Positions 50,352-62,231 of a DNA stretch of 64,000 bases are shown here, in pieces. The notes beneath the pieces were generated by a model that was not told the origin of the DNA, did no database searches, and worked only from the letters and a program-made list of their open reading frames with translations. The stretch covers positions 38,380,001 through 38,444,000 of the forward strand of contig NC_045696.1 of NCBI RefSeq assembly GCF_009834535.1, in the 5' to 3' direction. This stretch comes from Camelus ferus (lineage: Eukaryota). Positions within the stretch are counted from its first letter, which is position 1. The number at the start of each line of letters is the position of its first letter. The translations under genes and the position numbers were made by a program.

Positions 50352-51584
50352 AAAAATATCTTCCCTAGCTCTTTTTCCTTTTTTCCACCCAGAAGTAATA
50401 CCTGTCAGTGTCTCTCTCACATTTATTCATTCATATTCATTCTTTCTCTGTCTCCCCCACTCCCTCTTCCTATATCCTCTGCCCTCCCTTAATCCCCATA
50501 GCATTTCATCTGTATTTCTGTTGTGACATTTATTGTATTTTATATTTTATTGTTATTTTTTATAATGTGTATGAGTTAGATTCATAACTACAGGGTCTGA
50601 GTACTGTAAAGGTAGAGTCTGTTCCGATTGTATTCTTACTGTCATAGGCATAGTAAAATTTTTTTTTACAAAAATATCTAGTGGAAAAAATGCCCCATAG
50701 ACTATTTCTTCATAGTTCACCTACAAAGAAAAATAAAACAAATAATATTTTATGCGTATCTAGAGTCATAGGAGATATGATGAGAGATTTAATCACTTTA
50801 TATTTCATTTATAGATTCAGTCTAAGCATTCTCTGTTCTGGAATACTGCAGAAATATTACTTGTTTTGCTTGGGGTATCTTGGGACATATGGCCAGTTCC
50901 TGATCACCATGAGGAGGTGATTACTACCTCTAATGTAACATCTGCTGCTACTGTGCTATTCATTCCAAATAAAAAAGTAAAAATTGGATGTAGCAAAAGC
51001 AATGTTACCACAGAGGAGTTCCTTGATGAACAACCAGACATTTTGTAACCCTGAACCACACTTAGGAGAGCTTGCCACACCAATCACTTTTTATAATGAT
51101 TAAATTTAGCTCATATGAAAAGTAATCTGAAAATTTTGACACAGATCTTTAAGTAATGACAAGTGACTATTTTATAAATCAGTATGGGCTATTTCTTATT
51201 TCTAAAGATTTCTAATTTCACCAGCAAATTCAACTGAGTTATACATTATAGCTACTGGATTAATTTTAAATGTCTCTTCTCATTGTTATAACTACAAAAT
51301 CTTATCACATACAAGAGTATCTGCTTAGACCACCATCAGTGCTCTTTTATTATTATTATAATATATTATTGCACAATTTCAGAATTTTACTTTGATGATT
51401 GGTATCATTTACTTTGCAAATTTTCTCTTCTCTCAGTAAATATAAATAAATGAAAATCATTAGCCTCCTACATCTTCCCATTTAAGATATGTTTAATATT
51501 CTTATAACTCTAGAGCTTATCATAATTTCCTTCATTGATTAAGACCATGTGGAAAGAAAAAAATATCTTTTTTAACTATGATTC

Positions 51585-52565
51585 CACTTATTCATTCAAA
51601 AACCATTTTGGAGCTCCTTTTGTGTGCATAGGGGATTTAAAGATGAAGAAGATGCATTTTTTTCCTCTCAAAATCCTCACAAGTGTGGTGGAAGATACTT
51701 ATATAAAAGCTGATCTAATACAATTGGATAAATGCTCTCTGGTACTGTGAACAATGCTATTTGGAGCACTGAAAACAGAACTAATTCTTGATGGAAGATT
51801 TATTGAAAAATAAAGTGATTGAAGGAGGTCATAATTGAGCTGATGCTTGACAGATAAGCCTCATTTCTGATCTGCATCACAGTGTGCATGAAAAATACGT
51901 TTGATATAGTTGGAAAACAGGCTAAGTGATAGATGGTAAAATGTGACAGAACAAAAAGTCAATTATTAAAGGGCTTTAAAATAAACTGACTTTGTATTTA
52001 ATGGATAGTTGCTTAAAGGATTTTTTGTTTTGTTTTGTTTTGTTTGTGTTTTTTTTTTTTCTTTTTGAGAAAGGAAGTGACTTATATCTTTATTACAGAA
52101 AGGAAGTTTTGGTTGTATATATAGAACAGATTACTAGTGGAAGCCAAAATGGGAGGCAGTTTAAATAATCCATAGATGACTCTGCTGAACTATGAATGAA
52201 GGAAAAGAAAACTAGCAGATAGTTCTTGCCAGGCAGATAAAGAAAATGTAGGAGAGGAGAAGTGGAGAATTACAGGAGTTTCTAGCTTGAATGACTGAGT
52301 GATAGAGTAATTAATATAAGGTACTGGGGAGAAGGAACTGAGAATCACAGGTAATATTAATTCACTTTTGAAATCGTGTCATCTTCCATGTGACTTTGGC
52401 ACAGCCAGGTCTGTTTGGTCTGTAGGCATTTGGGGGTGTGCATTTGTAGCTCAGCATCATGGTCTGCATGCAGCACCCCACATCACTGGAATGAATGAGA
52501 TGTGCTGAGGTGAGGGTGGCATGAAACAGAGAGAGAGAACGAGAATAGACAGAAAAAGGAGTCCT
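51585..52565 (-). mobile_element. L2 remnants containing a (TTTTG)n/T-rich tract at 52021-52066
   Basis: CTTATTCATTCAAAAACCATTTTGGAGCTCCTTTTGTGTGC terminus, GTTTCTAGCTTGAATGACTGAGTGATAG and CACTGGAATGAATGAGAT. Confidence 0.7.
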
Positions 52566-53714
52566 CAACTTTGTGGGCACATGTCCCTTTATGTAGCTTC
52601 AATCATTGTATACTATACTCATCTAACATCGTATCCTAAGTATTTTCTCATTTTGTTATTGAGTGAAAGCCCTTTTAGATTGCTGGACTTAACTATATTT
52701 TAGAGGCACTGCCCTTCTGTTTTATCTAAATGTATCAAATAACTGCATATAAAAGGCACTTTTTCTTGGACAGCATCATCCTATTACATAATTCCCTAAA
52801 AAAAGAATCACAGTTCCAAATGGTGTAGTTTCAAAAGATGATCAATTATATAAAGAGTTTTTGCATTTGGGCCCAAAGACAAGCAGGAAATGAGTCAGCA
52901 CTGGAACTTTTCGTCTTTATTTCCTTCCATATCTAAGAAGATTTTCTTCTTAGTGAGAACATATAGAGAGAAAGGGAAAAAACTAGGAGGCAAATTATTG
53001 CATGCATCCAGTTTAAAAATGCTAGCTAATTTAAAATATTTTATTTTAGATTAGAGGACCATGCTCTTTAAATCAAGGTTGCAGCCTTTCTATATTCCTT
53101 TGTAATCAACTACACATGTAAATCTCACAAAGATGTCTTACACTGGAAGTTAATGTGGGCACAAGGAGAAATGAAGTGTTACATAAATGGTACAGCATAA
53201 TTATTTTAGTCTTAAAAAAGACATAAAAATCAATTTCCTCCATTTGGTAGTTATTTCACATACCAAGAACTATGTATTATTTAATGTTATGTTCATCTCC
53301 TTTAGTGTTTGGCATAATATTAGAACAGAGTGAATGTCCATTTAAAATTTTCCAGTGAAAAGAGTATTATGTATTTTTAAACTTCATTTTGATCTTCAAA
53401 TGCTGTATCAAATAATTAAGATGCTAAGAGTCCAAATTCATTCATTTGAATAAAATCATCAAATAATTATACTGGATTAAGATTTAATTTTAAGTTACTG
53501 ATCCAGAGCAAGTTTATATACAAAGGATTATTTCAAAGTCTTCTGGTTCTTTTGAACCTATTTCAGGATACCTGGCAACTTCTGATTAGAAATGCCATAT
53601 AGCTTCAGTATGCATATTACTAAGACATACACTGGAATATCATCTGTCTTCTTTTCTCATACTCAAGTTTTCTGGCTCAGTTCTGGAACTTTGTCATTCA
53701 TAGATACTCTAGAT

Positions 53715-55560
53715 TTTTTTCAGTTGAAAAATACCTTAAAAACTATCTAGTCCAGTCAAGTCCTAATGTATGCAGTACATTTGACAAATGCTCATTTAGC
53801 CTGTGCTAACCTCCCAGAGACTGGTAATTCCCTGTCGTTTGAGGCATCTCAATATAAAGATTTTGTCTAATGTGATTCTTCTCTTGCCTAATCTTAACCC
53901 ATTATTGCCTTTTCTGTTTTTAGAGGGTTAAGTGCCTTCCAGTTTCCTCACCACATTTATTTTAGTTTGAATACCTGGATCCATTTATATAGTGTAAAAC
54001 CCAACGTTTTAGAATCACACAGTCATGGCTTAAAGTACTATTTGCAAACTTTAGTATCTATGATCTTGGAAAGATTGCTTAACTTCTCTAACATCCTATT
54101 TTGTCGTATGTAAAATGGTGCTAACAGCAAATATCTCATAGAAGCTGTTGTGAGAATTAAATTTAAAAGTGTCTAAAATATTCCCATACAATACCCTAAT
54201 AGTTTAATACATTTTCATTTCCTTTTATGACTTTTAACAATTACTGGCAGGTCAATACTATCACCTCAAATATTCTAGATACTACTAAATAATGCAAGGA
54301 TTATATTAGCTTTTAGGCAGTCTCATGCTGTTTACTCACAAGAAACTGTCAAGGAAAATTTTAAGTAATTTTTGTGTCAGAGCTGCTAGCTCTCATATCA
54401 CTCTCATATGTGCACACTGTTTTCTCTTTTTTACATGATCAATGGTATAATGCCTCATGTTAGAATTTGCCTGTGGCTTGAACTTAATAAGCAATCTTTT
54501 GAAACTTTATTCAGTTAGCCAGTATGTTGGCTTGATTCCCAAATTTGTCTTTTGCAAATTTGAAACTAAGAGTGGAGTAAACCCAAGCCAGGCTGCTAGG
54601 GAACTATACACTGATCCACTACTCTCTCGCTCTCATTCTTGCACCCACGTCTGGTCCATCCTGATTTACAGCATCCAGTGCATTTCTTTAGCTGCATGTT
54701 GCCTACAAGTTATCATGAGGGAAAACTAGCAAATTCTGGGTGAAATACATAGAATGATTCTACCTGTTTATTCCTCTGGGCACAGGTCATCAGGGCTGTT
54801 AACTAGTGGGCTAGTGATAGGTGGCAGGGTCTACAAGAAGACCAGGAGTAGGCACAATAAAAAACTGAGCCCAGACCACAATCTGTATGAGGTAGCAAAA
54901 GTCAAAGCTACAGAAGCAATGTACCAGCTGCAACAGCAGGGCTAAAAGCCAGAGTAAAATCCAGTAGCTGCAAATAAATGAAATGGAATGGGGAAAAAAA
55001 TGGGAGACGAAAAACAGGAGGACTCTGAGTGATCATTATGAATGGAGAAAAGAACATATTTTTGTTTTGCCTGCGTAAATAGAGATGTCTGAACTTGTGA
55101 AAAGAGAAAAACCAGGTTGAACATATTTAGTTTCCTATATTTTTGTATTTTTTTAGTTATTAACTCTACTTTTGAGGGGAGCATGTTAATCTGTCAAATG
55201 GTTTTTGACAAGCTCATGTAGGTTCCTTGTTTGCCATTCTTTCTCGGAGGAAGTTCTTAATCATTCCATTTATAGTGTATAACTTCCCTCAGGATCAGTA
55301 TACAGCATTGTAATAAATGGATCCTTTTTTCCCTTTTGAAGGCTGAGAACCATTTGCTCTTTTCACTGTTGTAGCCCTATTGTTGCAATCTCACTATTTC
55401 CCAAAGGTCACTGATAAAATCATCAACTCACATGCAAGCCGCTTTGTCACACTGGGATATAATTAGTCTGTGTAAGAAAACTTGAACTAAATTAGAGTCG
55501 TTAGATATTTGTGTAAGATCTCTTATGTGTTTGGATTTAAAATTCTTTTTTGTCAGTATA
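53715..55560 (-). mobile_element. L3/CR1 LINE, 3' end plus RT region, fragmented
   Basis: ACCTTAAAAACTATCTAGTCCA (3' end), GCAAATTTG (antisense KFA of KFADD), ACAAGTTATCATGAG, and TTTCCCAAAGGTCACTGA...CACATGCAAG...CTGGGATATAATTAGTCTG...AACTTGAACT are colinear with antisense L3. Confidence 0.7.
53985..54210 (+). mobile_element. MIR inserted in L3
   Basis: TATGATCTTGGAAAGATTGCTTAACTTCTCTAA...TGTAAAATGG...GCTGTTGTGAGAATTAAAT. Confidence 0.8.
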
Positions 55561-56939
55561 TCTGATACTGATTTTTGGTTCAAAAATTATTCAAAATATG
55601 AATTTAGATACTTCTTTTGCATCTCATAAAAATTAATGCTCTGATGAAGTAGACATCTTGTTTTTAGTTTACAATTTGTATCTTTTAAAAATAAGTCGTA
55701 ATATAGTTCTTGTTTTCCTAGAAACAGTAATTCTTAGAAACTGAATATAGGTGAGTTTTATAAAACTTGGTATGCAGATGTTATGTTTTTGTAAAAAAAA
55801 AGTTTCATAAAACTTTGTGTAGACATTGCTTGTACTGTTTAGTCATTCAACTTTTCATGATTAAGAAAGCACAGAAGCATAAAATGTAGTAACTGCCAGA
55901 CAATTTAGAAAGACAAAATGATGGTAAACTGATTAAAATCTGCCAAGCAACTGCTAACATAAGGAATGAGTTTAAAAAGTGAAATATCAGTTAACAACCA
56001 TGATTGTTTACTTAAAGAGTGTGATTGTCACCATGTTTATGTTCAAAAACAGTTTCTAGGTCTTGAGTTTTGTGACTATAACTTAGCCTTAAGCTGACCT
56101 AAAAAATCCAAATGTGTTTAAAAGAATGATATTTTCTAGATCATAACATCATATCTCTGTAGTCTGATGGGATATGTGAATATAATTATTAATTATATAC
56201 AATTTAATTATAAATTATATAAAAATTATAATAATTTTATAATTTAGTGGTTTTACAAACCAAATAGTTTTCAGCTTTCATGGTGTATCAAAAAGTAAGT
56301 GTAAATACATCTTATTGTACTGGCCCAAAATAATTTCATAGTGTAAATAAAAATAAACAATGGCTTCTAAATAATATTTAATGTGTAAAAGGTATAATTA
56401 ATCTAAATTGAGATGATAAATACCTCTTTTTAAATGCTTATTAGTTTGGAATTTTTTTAATTATAAGAGGTATTCATAAATATCATGTCCTTCAAAGATC
56501 ACATAACTACTGAGAGAAAAGAAAGTTATACCAAAGTCCCGTATTCTTTTCAGTATAATGAACCATTTCAAATGAAAGATATACCCATTTCCTTCTTACC
56601 GCTGTGGAGAGAGTCCTGATGATATCACTCAACCTTCAATACCCTAAAGAAATAGTTTCCAATTATTTTAAGATATTAACACCTTAGGGAATAATAAAAA
56701 GCTATGTACCTTTTCTCCAGAAAAAAATTCACAAATGCACATTCATGAGCTGGATTTAAGTAGTGGCCTGCTGAGTAGTTATCCAAGGTGCTAATCTAAG
56801 AGTAGCACTAAAATGCCACCAGGAACATGTGGAGATAAAGAGTGCTTCACACAATTCTCCTTAGGGATAATCCTGTATGTAGTTGGAAGGATTATTTTCA
56901 CAAGTCTCTTGGGAAAGGAGAGGTGGACTTAAAGATCTG

Positions 56940-57420
56940 GGCCACCTGTAGCCCACATGACCCTTTGGTTCACATTCCTGCCTCTAGATGGATGCAGTTG
57001 GACATGTTGGACAGCTTCAGCAATCCAAATACAAACTGATTTTCCATTCCCACTTGTCCTCTTGGCTGGGCAGCCTTGTGACGGTATCATAGAGACCTTG
57101 CTCAAAGGCAGAGATTCTTGTAGCAACAGAAGGGTCTATAAATGCTTTCTCAAGAGGTTGGATCCAGTTAATAGCAAGATTCAACTTCTACTGAAAGTAT
57201 TACCCTAGGATAGGGCTGTAATTCAAGGCAAAAGATAAAGGGTGAATATTGCAGACAGTGCTCCATTTTTTAGTTTCCCTAAAACAGAATAATCTATTCC
57301 AGCTCTAAAATAATGCTGGACAGATATGTTGAGATTTTTAAGGACACCAAATCATCAGCATACTCTGCTTTTCAAACTCTCTGGGATGCTTAAGTGTATT
57401 GGTCTGGCCTGCAGATACAT
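56940..57420 (-). mobile_element. second CR1/L3-type RT remnant
   Basis: The reverse strand gives ordered, frameshifted motifs S-A-G-(P-D), H-P-R, N-Y-S-P-I, GCCTTTGAGCAAGGTCTCTATGAT (approximately AFDKVSHD) and Q-R-V-M, in the CR1 RT order. Confidence 0.55.
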
Positions 57421-58524
57421 TAAATATTTTCTGTACAGTTTTAGTGTATTAGTAACCACTTGATGCTTATAGATACTGTTTTTTATTTCTTCATTAATTA
57501 TTTATTTAATGTAGACATATTATGTGCCAGGAACTAAACCTGCTTACAGTTGTATCTTCAATAACAAGTGGGATAAATAGCACATTTGATAATACTAGAC
57601 TTAGGTTATAATCTAGGAGTTATTATAAAATTTACATGAGTCATGATATTTCATTAAAAAAAACTGAGTAGGAACTTCACTTTCTTCCTCTTTCCTTTGA
57701 GCTATTCTTGAATACTTCTCTGTTGCATCAAGTTTTGTGCTTGATGAGGGAATCAGCTTGAAAATCGTGTGACTCTCATACTTAACAATATCATCCCTCT
57801 GACACATAGTCAGAACAAAATGCTGATAGCCTTCAATTGAATTTACCCATATTTTTCAAAAAATCAGAATTGCTTTAATGGATTTCAGAATTACTTGTTG
57901 TTATACAACATATTGGTTTGGTAAGCATGGAAATCTATTGATTTCACGTGTTTCAATTTTCTACTGAGTGGTTAATCCTTTTATAAAACAAAATGTATTT
58001 CAGTGGGCAGAAAGAAAACAGTACAGGTATCTTTAGGCTGACAGAATTCTCCTGTCATCAGGGAAACTGAGTGATTCATTATTAGCTTGTATGTAACATA
58101 TCACTGCTGGACATCTAGCAATGGTAAAAAGCTGGGAGACTTAGAAATAACTATAACCTATGCTGCTTTCAAGTTTGATATAAAAAAAAAATGCTCATGT
58201 ATGTGATTACTATTTTATCATTTTTCTAAGAGCAAATGAAAATCACAAATTAGGTATAAATTCACAGTATTTTGGGTAGTCTAAAAATAATAGCACAAGC
58301 AGCTGATACCATTAGTTGTGCTAATACTTGATTTGCATTGAAAACATTCTTCTCTCTAAAAATTCAGTAGTGCATCTAAAAATTCACATGTGCTGATATA
58401 ATATATTTCTATGGCTAATAACCCATGTATATGATACCGTGACTTCTCATCTTCTTTTTTCTCCATGTATAATAGTATTCCAATAAAAGAGTTCAGTCTG
58501 CTTAAGCAGCATTCAGGTTTTGGC

Positions 58525-59195
58525 TATGTAATGCTCAAGCTCATTGCCATCAACACCTCTCCTTCCCTTAAACTTAGCAACACATGTAGTATAAGTTAAG
58601 CCAATAAAATACCCCCATGAAAGTTGAAATTAGTATCATAGTCATTGAAATGTTAACCCACAGGGTACAGGGAGAAATGTTTTCAGTCATGTGCATTATG
58701 GTAAGTCAGTATAGAATGCAATCTCCAACGAGAATCAGAAGGATAGATTGAACACGTAGAGAAAAAGGATCAATAGACATTTCTGCCAAGAATAATAGTG
58801 TAATGATGTCAGCTTATTCCATTTCAGTAGGAACTGTTTGCTGAATTTGGGGGAATTTTTGCAGGTGGGTTGACTTCAGCTGGTAATTTGAAATCTGCTA
58901 TGGTGGTGTATTTAACACCAACCTGGTAAACACTCCAACTCAGAGCTTTCTTGACACTGAGATCTGGAGGTTATACGTTTAGTTACCTACACTGCCAGAG
59001 AGACAGAAAGAGAGACAGAAAGAGAGACAGGAGCATAGTTCCTTATATTGCTGACACGTTCCCAGTTTCAGCTCTAAACCCTGGCTTTATTTCTGTGAAA
59101 TGCTTTTGTAGCTTTCTAATAAACCCCACATTTATGCTATGCTACTTTACTGAGTTCCCACCAAAAAAACAAAATACCAAAAATATACATATCTT
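58525..59195 (+). mobile_element. old MaLR-like LTR remnant with a probable nested DNA-element fragment (~58830-58960)
   Basis: AAGTTAAGCCAATAAAATACCC and TTCTAATAAACCCCACATTTATGCT are MLT1K/L-like motifs. Family uncertain. Confidence 0.4.
58997..59030. repeat. 12-bp tandem repeat (AGAGAGACAGAA) x2.8
   Basis: Read directly. It explains the QRDRKRDRKRDR run in the spurious ORF 58951-59271. Confidence 0.9.
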
Positions 59196-60892
59196 GACCA
59201 GGATAGCCTTAGAAAAGGAGCATCCCCAATTAATTAATTGCCATGATTCTAATCAATATAAGTGGAAGTAAGGAAACTGAGGATTGTAATTTATCATATT
59301 CACTTGAAATGTATTATATGTACACATGTTTGTCTCCTTACTTCTTTATTGACCCCATGTAATTCAGATTCAGTGTCAACAGTGAATGACATCTATGTTG
59401 GCACATGGTAAGACAGTTTTTCATAAATATTTCAGTGTTAACCTGATCACCACCAAGAGGAAACTTAGGGAGGAATGATTAAAGAGAATAAATATAGTAT
59501 CTTAAAAGATATTTGAATATTTTATTAAGGACTCTGTTTTTTAATATAGAGCTATGGCCAGTTTCTATCATCATAAGCATTAAGAGAAGTTGGATATGAC
59601 TAATTGGAGAATCAGCCTAATTAAAAAAGAAAAAAGAATGATGCTAACCTAATTTGCCTTCCTGAATTTTTCCTAACCTTGCTTTCAGACGGTCTCCTCT
59701 AATGTCTTTTAAAGTAATGTTAATAAGTATCTTGTCACAAATTGCCTTAAAATGACTCATCCTCGAACATTATTTTGAGGGGAGGTCACCACACCCCTTT
59801 CTCCCTGTTGCATCCTACCCCTGAGCAGCTGGATGGAGATAAAGTATAAAATTCAGTGATATTGAGACAATCCTATCGATTTGGCAAGACGTATCTAAAA
59901 TTATGTGCTTAATCCTAGGAGTTACTAAAGCCCAGTAACCACTGCAGGTCCTGCTTCAGCCTGTCTTTATTGACCTCAGAAATGTTAAGGTTAGGTATCA
60001 GATGCCAGCAAGGGGCATGCACACTTCCGCAGCTATCTTTGGAATTGCTGGAAGCATCTTTACTAAAATACAGTGACTGACCCATTTTTTAAAGGCTTTA
60101 CAAATCTTAACTGGGAGCAGCCTGACCCCTCAAGTGCCAAAGGAAGGATTTTACCTCATTAGAAGAAGTCCAGCTGTATTGCTTAGAGAAATTCAGGATG
60201 TCATAAAGGACTCTTGGGAAAGGGCATGCCTTTGGACTATCAGATTTAAAGATAGAAGAAACCAGTGCCCTGCTTCTTTTGTGTTTGTTTAGAAAATGCC
60301 ACCAGGAGATGCCACTTTCCTCTTTGGATTTAAAATCTAATGATGTTTTAAAGCAACTGTTAACCTTTAGCTGAGAAAATATTTGGTTTGGATATGTATT
60401 GAAGCACACTCTATTGCTTGCTTTGGCATACCGCATAAAGTTCAGAACATGAAAGGATCCCTACAAAAGCTGACCCAATTCGAACAAGGCTGTTTTTTTC
60501 AGTTATACTAGTATGAAATTCTACTATCATATAAATAAGTAGAAATATTTCTAGAAAATTTAAGATCACATCTGTTGTCATGTTATATATTTTGAGTTAC
60601 TTTTCCCATTAATGCAAGAATGTGGGCAGGTATTCATTTGTCTTCAGACTTGTGAATAAGAATTTAAAGGAGTCACTTTTTGGTATCTTATTCTAAACTG
60701 AAAATAGGTACCAGATTAATCTTTTCCAAATAGAAAAATGACTATAAAGCCATTGTAATTATGTGGCTAAACAAATAAATGATTAAAGTGAAATAAATAT
60801 TTTCAGACAGCATTACTTAAATACATAAGTGGTTAACTTTTAATTATTAATGGAATCACAGGATGCTGATCAAATAGCCTAGGAGGTAAGTG

Positions 60893-60893
<1 letters not shown>

Positions 60894-60939
<46 letters not shown>
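60894..60939. repeat. (CA)23 microsatellite
   Basis: Perfect run read directly. Confidence 0.98.
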
Positions 60940-60942
<3 letters not shown>

Positions 60943-61732
60943 CCTCTTTCACTGACTTTCAAACCCAGTTATAAATGCTTTCAGATTGTTTTAGAGTATT
61001 CATTTCAGTTGTAATAGGGATGTAAGTAAAGGCTATTGATGTAGTTCATCTCTGTAGAGGACTGAGAAACGGCTTCAATCAGAGTCACACATCCTACTGT
61101 GCTTTGGTTTAGTGAATGGATTACAAAATGAGACTTATTCAAGATCAAAAGGCAAGCAAGCTTGCATCCTAAGGCTGTGATTATATGACAAAAGCCTATC
61201 TTGGTGCAGGTATGGGGTTTCCTACTTCTTTAGAAGACAACTTTTTTTAGCCTTCACAGCATTGCTGGTCTCTTAAACTTTTGAAAAGGCACTCTGGTTT
61301 CTTTCCTTGATGCAGGCTTGAGATTTATTGATTTAGACCTGGTAGACACTTTAACAAGTTATTACCCCCACCTGATTCAAATAGCCAGGGGACTGTAGTT
61401 CTGTTGTCTGAATCTACAATACGGCACTGGCAGCTTGGAGCACAGCCCAGGATTGCTAACTCCAGGTGTGAGGCTTTCGCTGGCATTCCTTGAGTGCAGA
61501 GGAAAAGAGTAATTTTTTTTTTTTTTTTACTTTTCTGAACAACTGTTTCAGTCAGAAAACAAGCAAAATAAAAATATAAAATTCATCCAAGATTGCTTTA
61601 TTTTTGGCATTTAGCACAAATGACAGTACAGCTCCAGGAAGCTACCCCCAAATAATTACATAAAGAGACATAGTAAGAAATAATTTATTACTGCATCATT
61701 GCTAAACAGCCTTCTCCTAGGAATTTAGATAC

Positions 61733-62231
61733 TATTAAAGAAAAAATTATTCATGACACTTATTAAAGGTGGTAAGTCAGACTTTATTTAAGGAGGACTA
61801 TCATTATAGGTATACCAGGGGTTACCACAATGGGGTTTTATAGTAGGAGAGATAAATCACCCTCAACTCCAAGTACAACAAAGAAAGGGGGGCGATTTAT
61901 AGCCCAGGAGCAGGGTGGGAAGTTCAGTGGATGGTCATTATGAAGAGGAAACATCAGGGAGGCTTCTGGTGATACTGACCAAATAGAATTCTTGTGAAGG
62001 CGGGCCAAGGTGAACAGATGTCACCTGGGATGGTGGAGGATAAGGAACACAATCAGACATCAAAGATGATTATTTTGAAGTATGGGACCCTGGCTAAGCT
62101 GACTTAGCAGGATTCTTGCTAATATTGGACAGTGCAGAGATGATCAAGGAAGCCCAAAAGTCAGAGCCTAGTTGAGAAGAGAATTCAGGCTAAACTTGAG
62201 CAGAGTTTGGTGAAGTAGAGAGTCTTTGTCA
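61733..62231 (-). mobile_element. ERV1 solo LTR, MER31-like
   Basis: TATTAAAGAAAAAATTATTCATGACACTT start, TTTATAGCCCAGGAGCAGGGTGGG, TGACTTAGCAGGATTCTTGCTAA and TCTTTGTCA end match the recalled MER31. Confidence 0.85.

Noticed and set aside
56180..56245. AT-only quasi-palindromic tract
   Set aside because: Low complexity makes self-complementarity trivial, and it is too short to call a cruciform-type palindromic AT-rich repeat.
56810..60307. Identical 15-mer AAAATGCCACCAGGA at 56810 and 60293
   Set aside because: A few exact 15-mer matches are expected by chance in a window of this size, and the match does not extend.
60107..60436. 109-aa minus-strand ATG ORF in repeat-free DNA
   Set aside because: It has no recognisable domain or supporting exon structure, and its length is attainable by chance in 64 kb.
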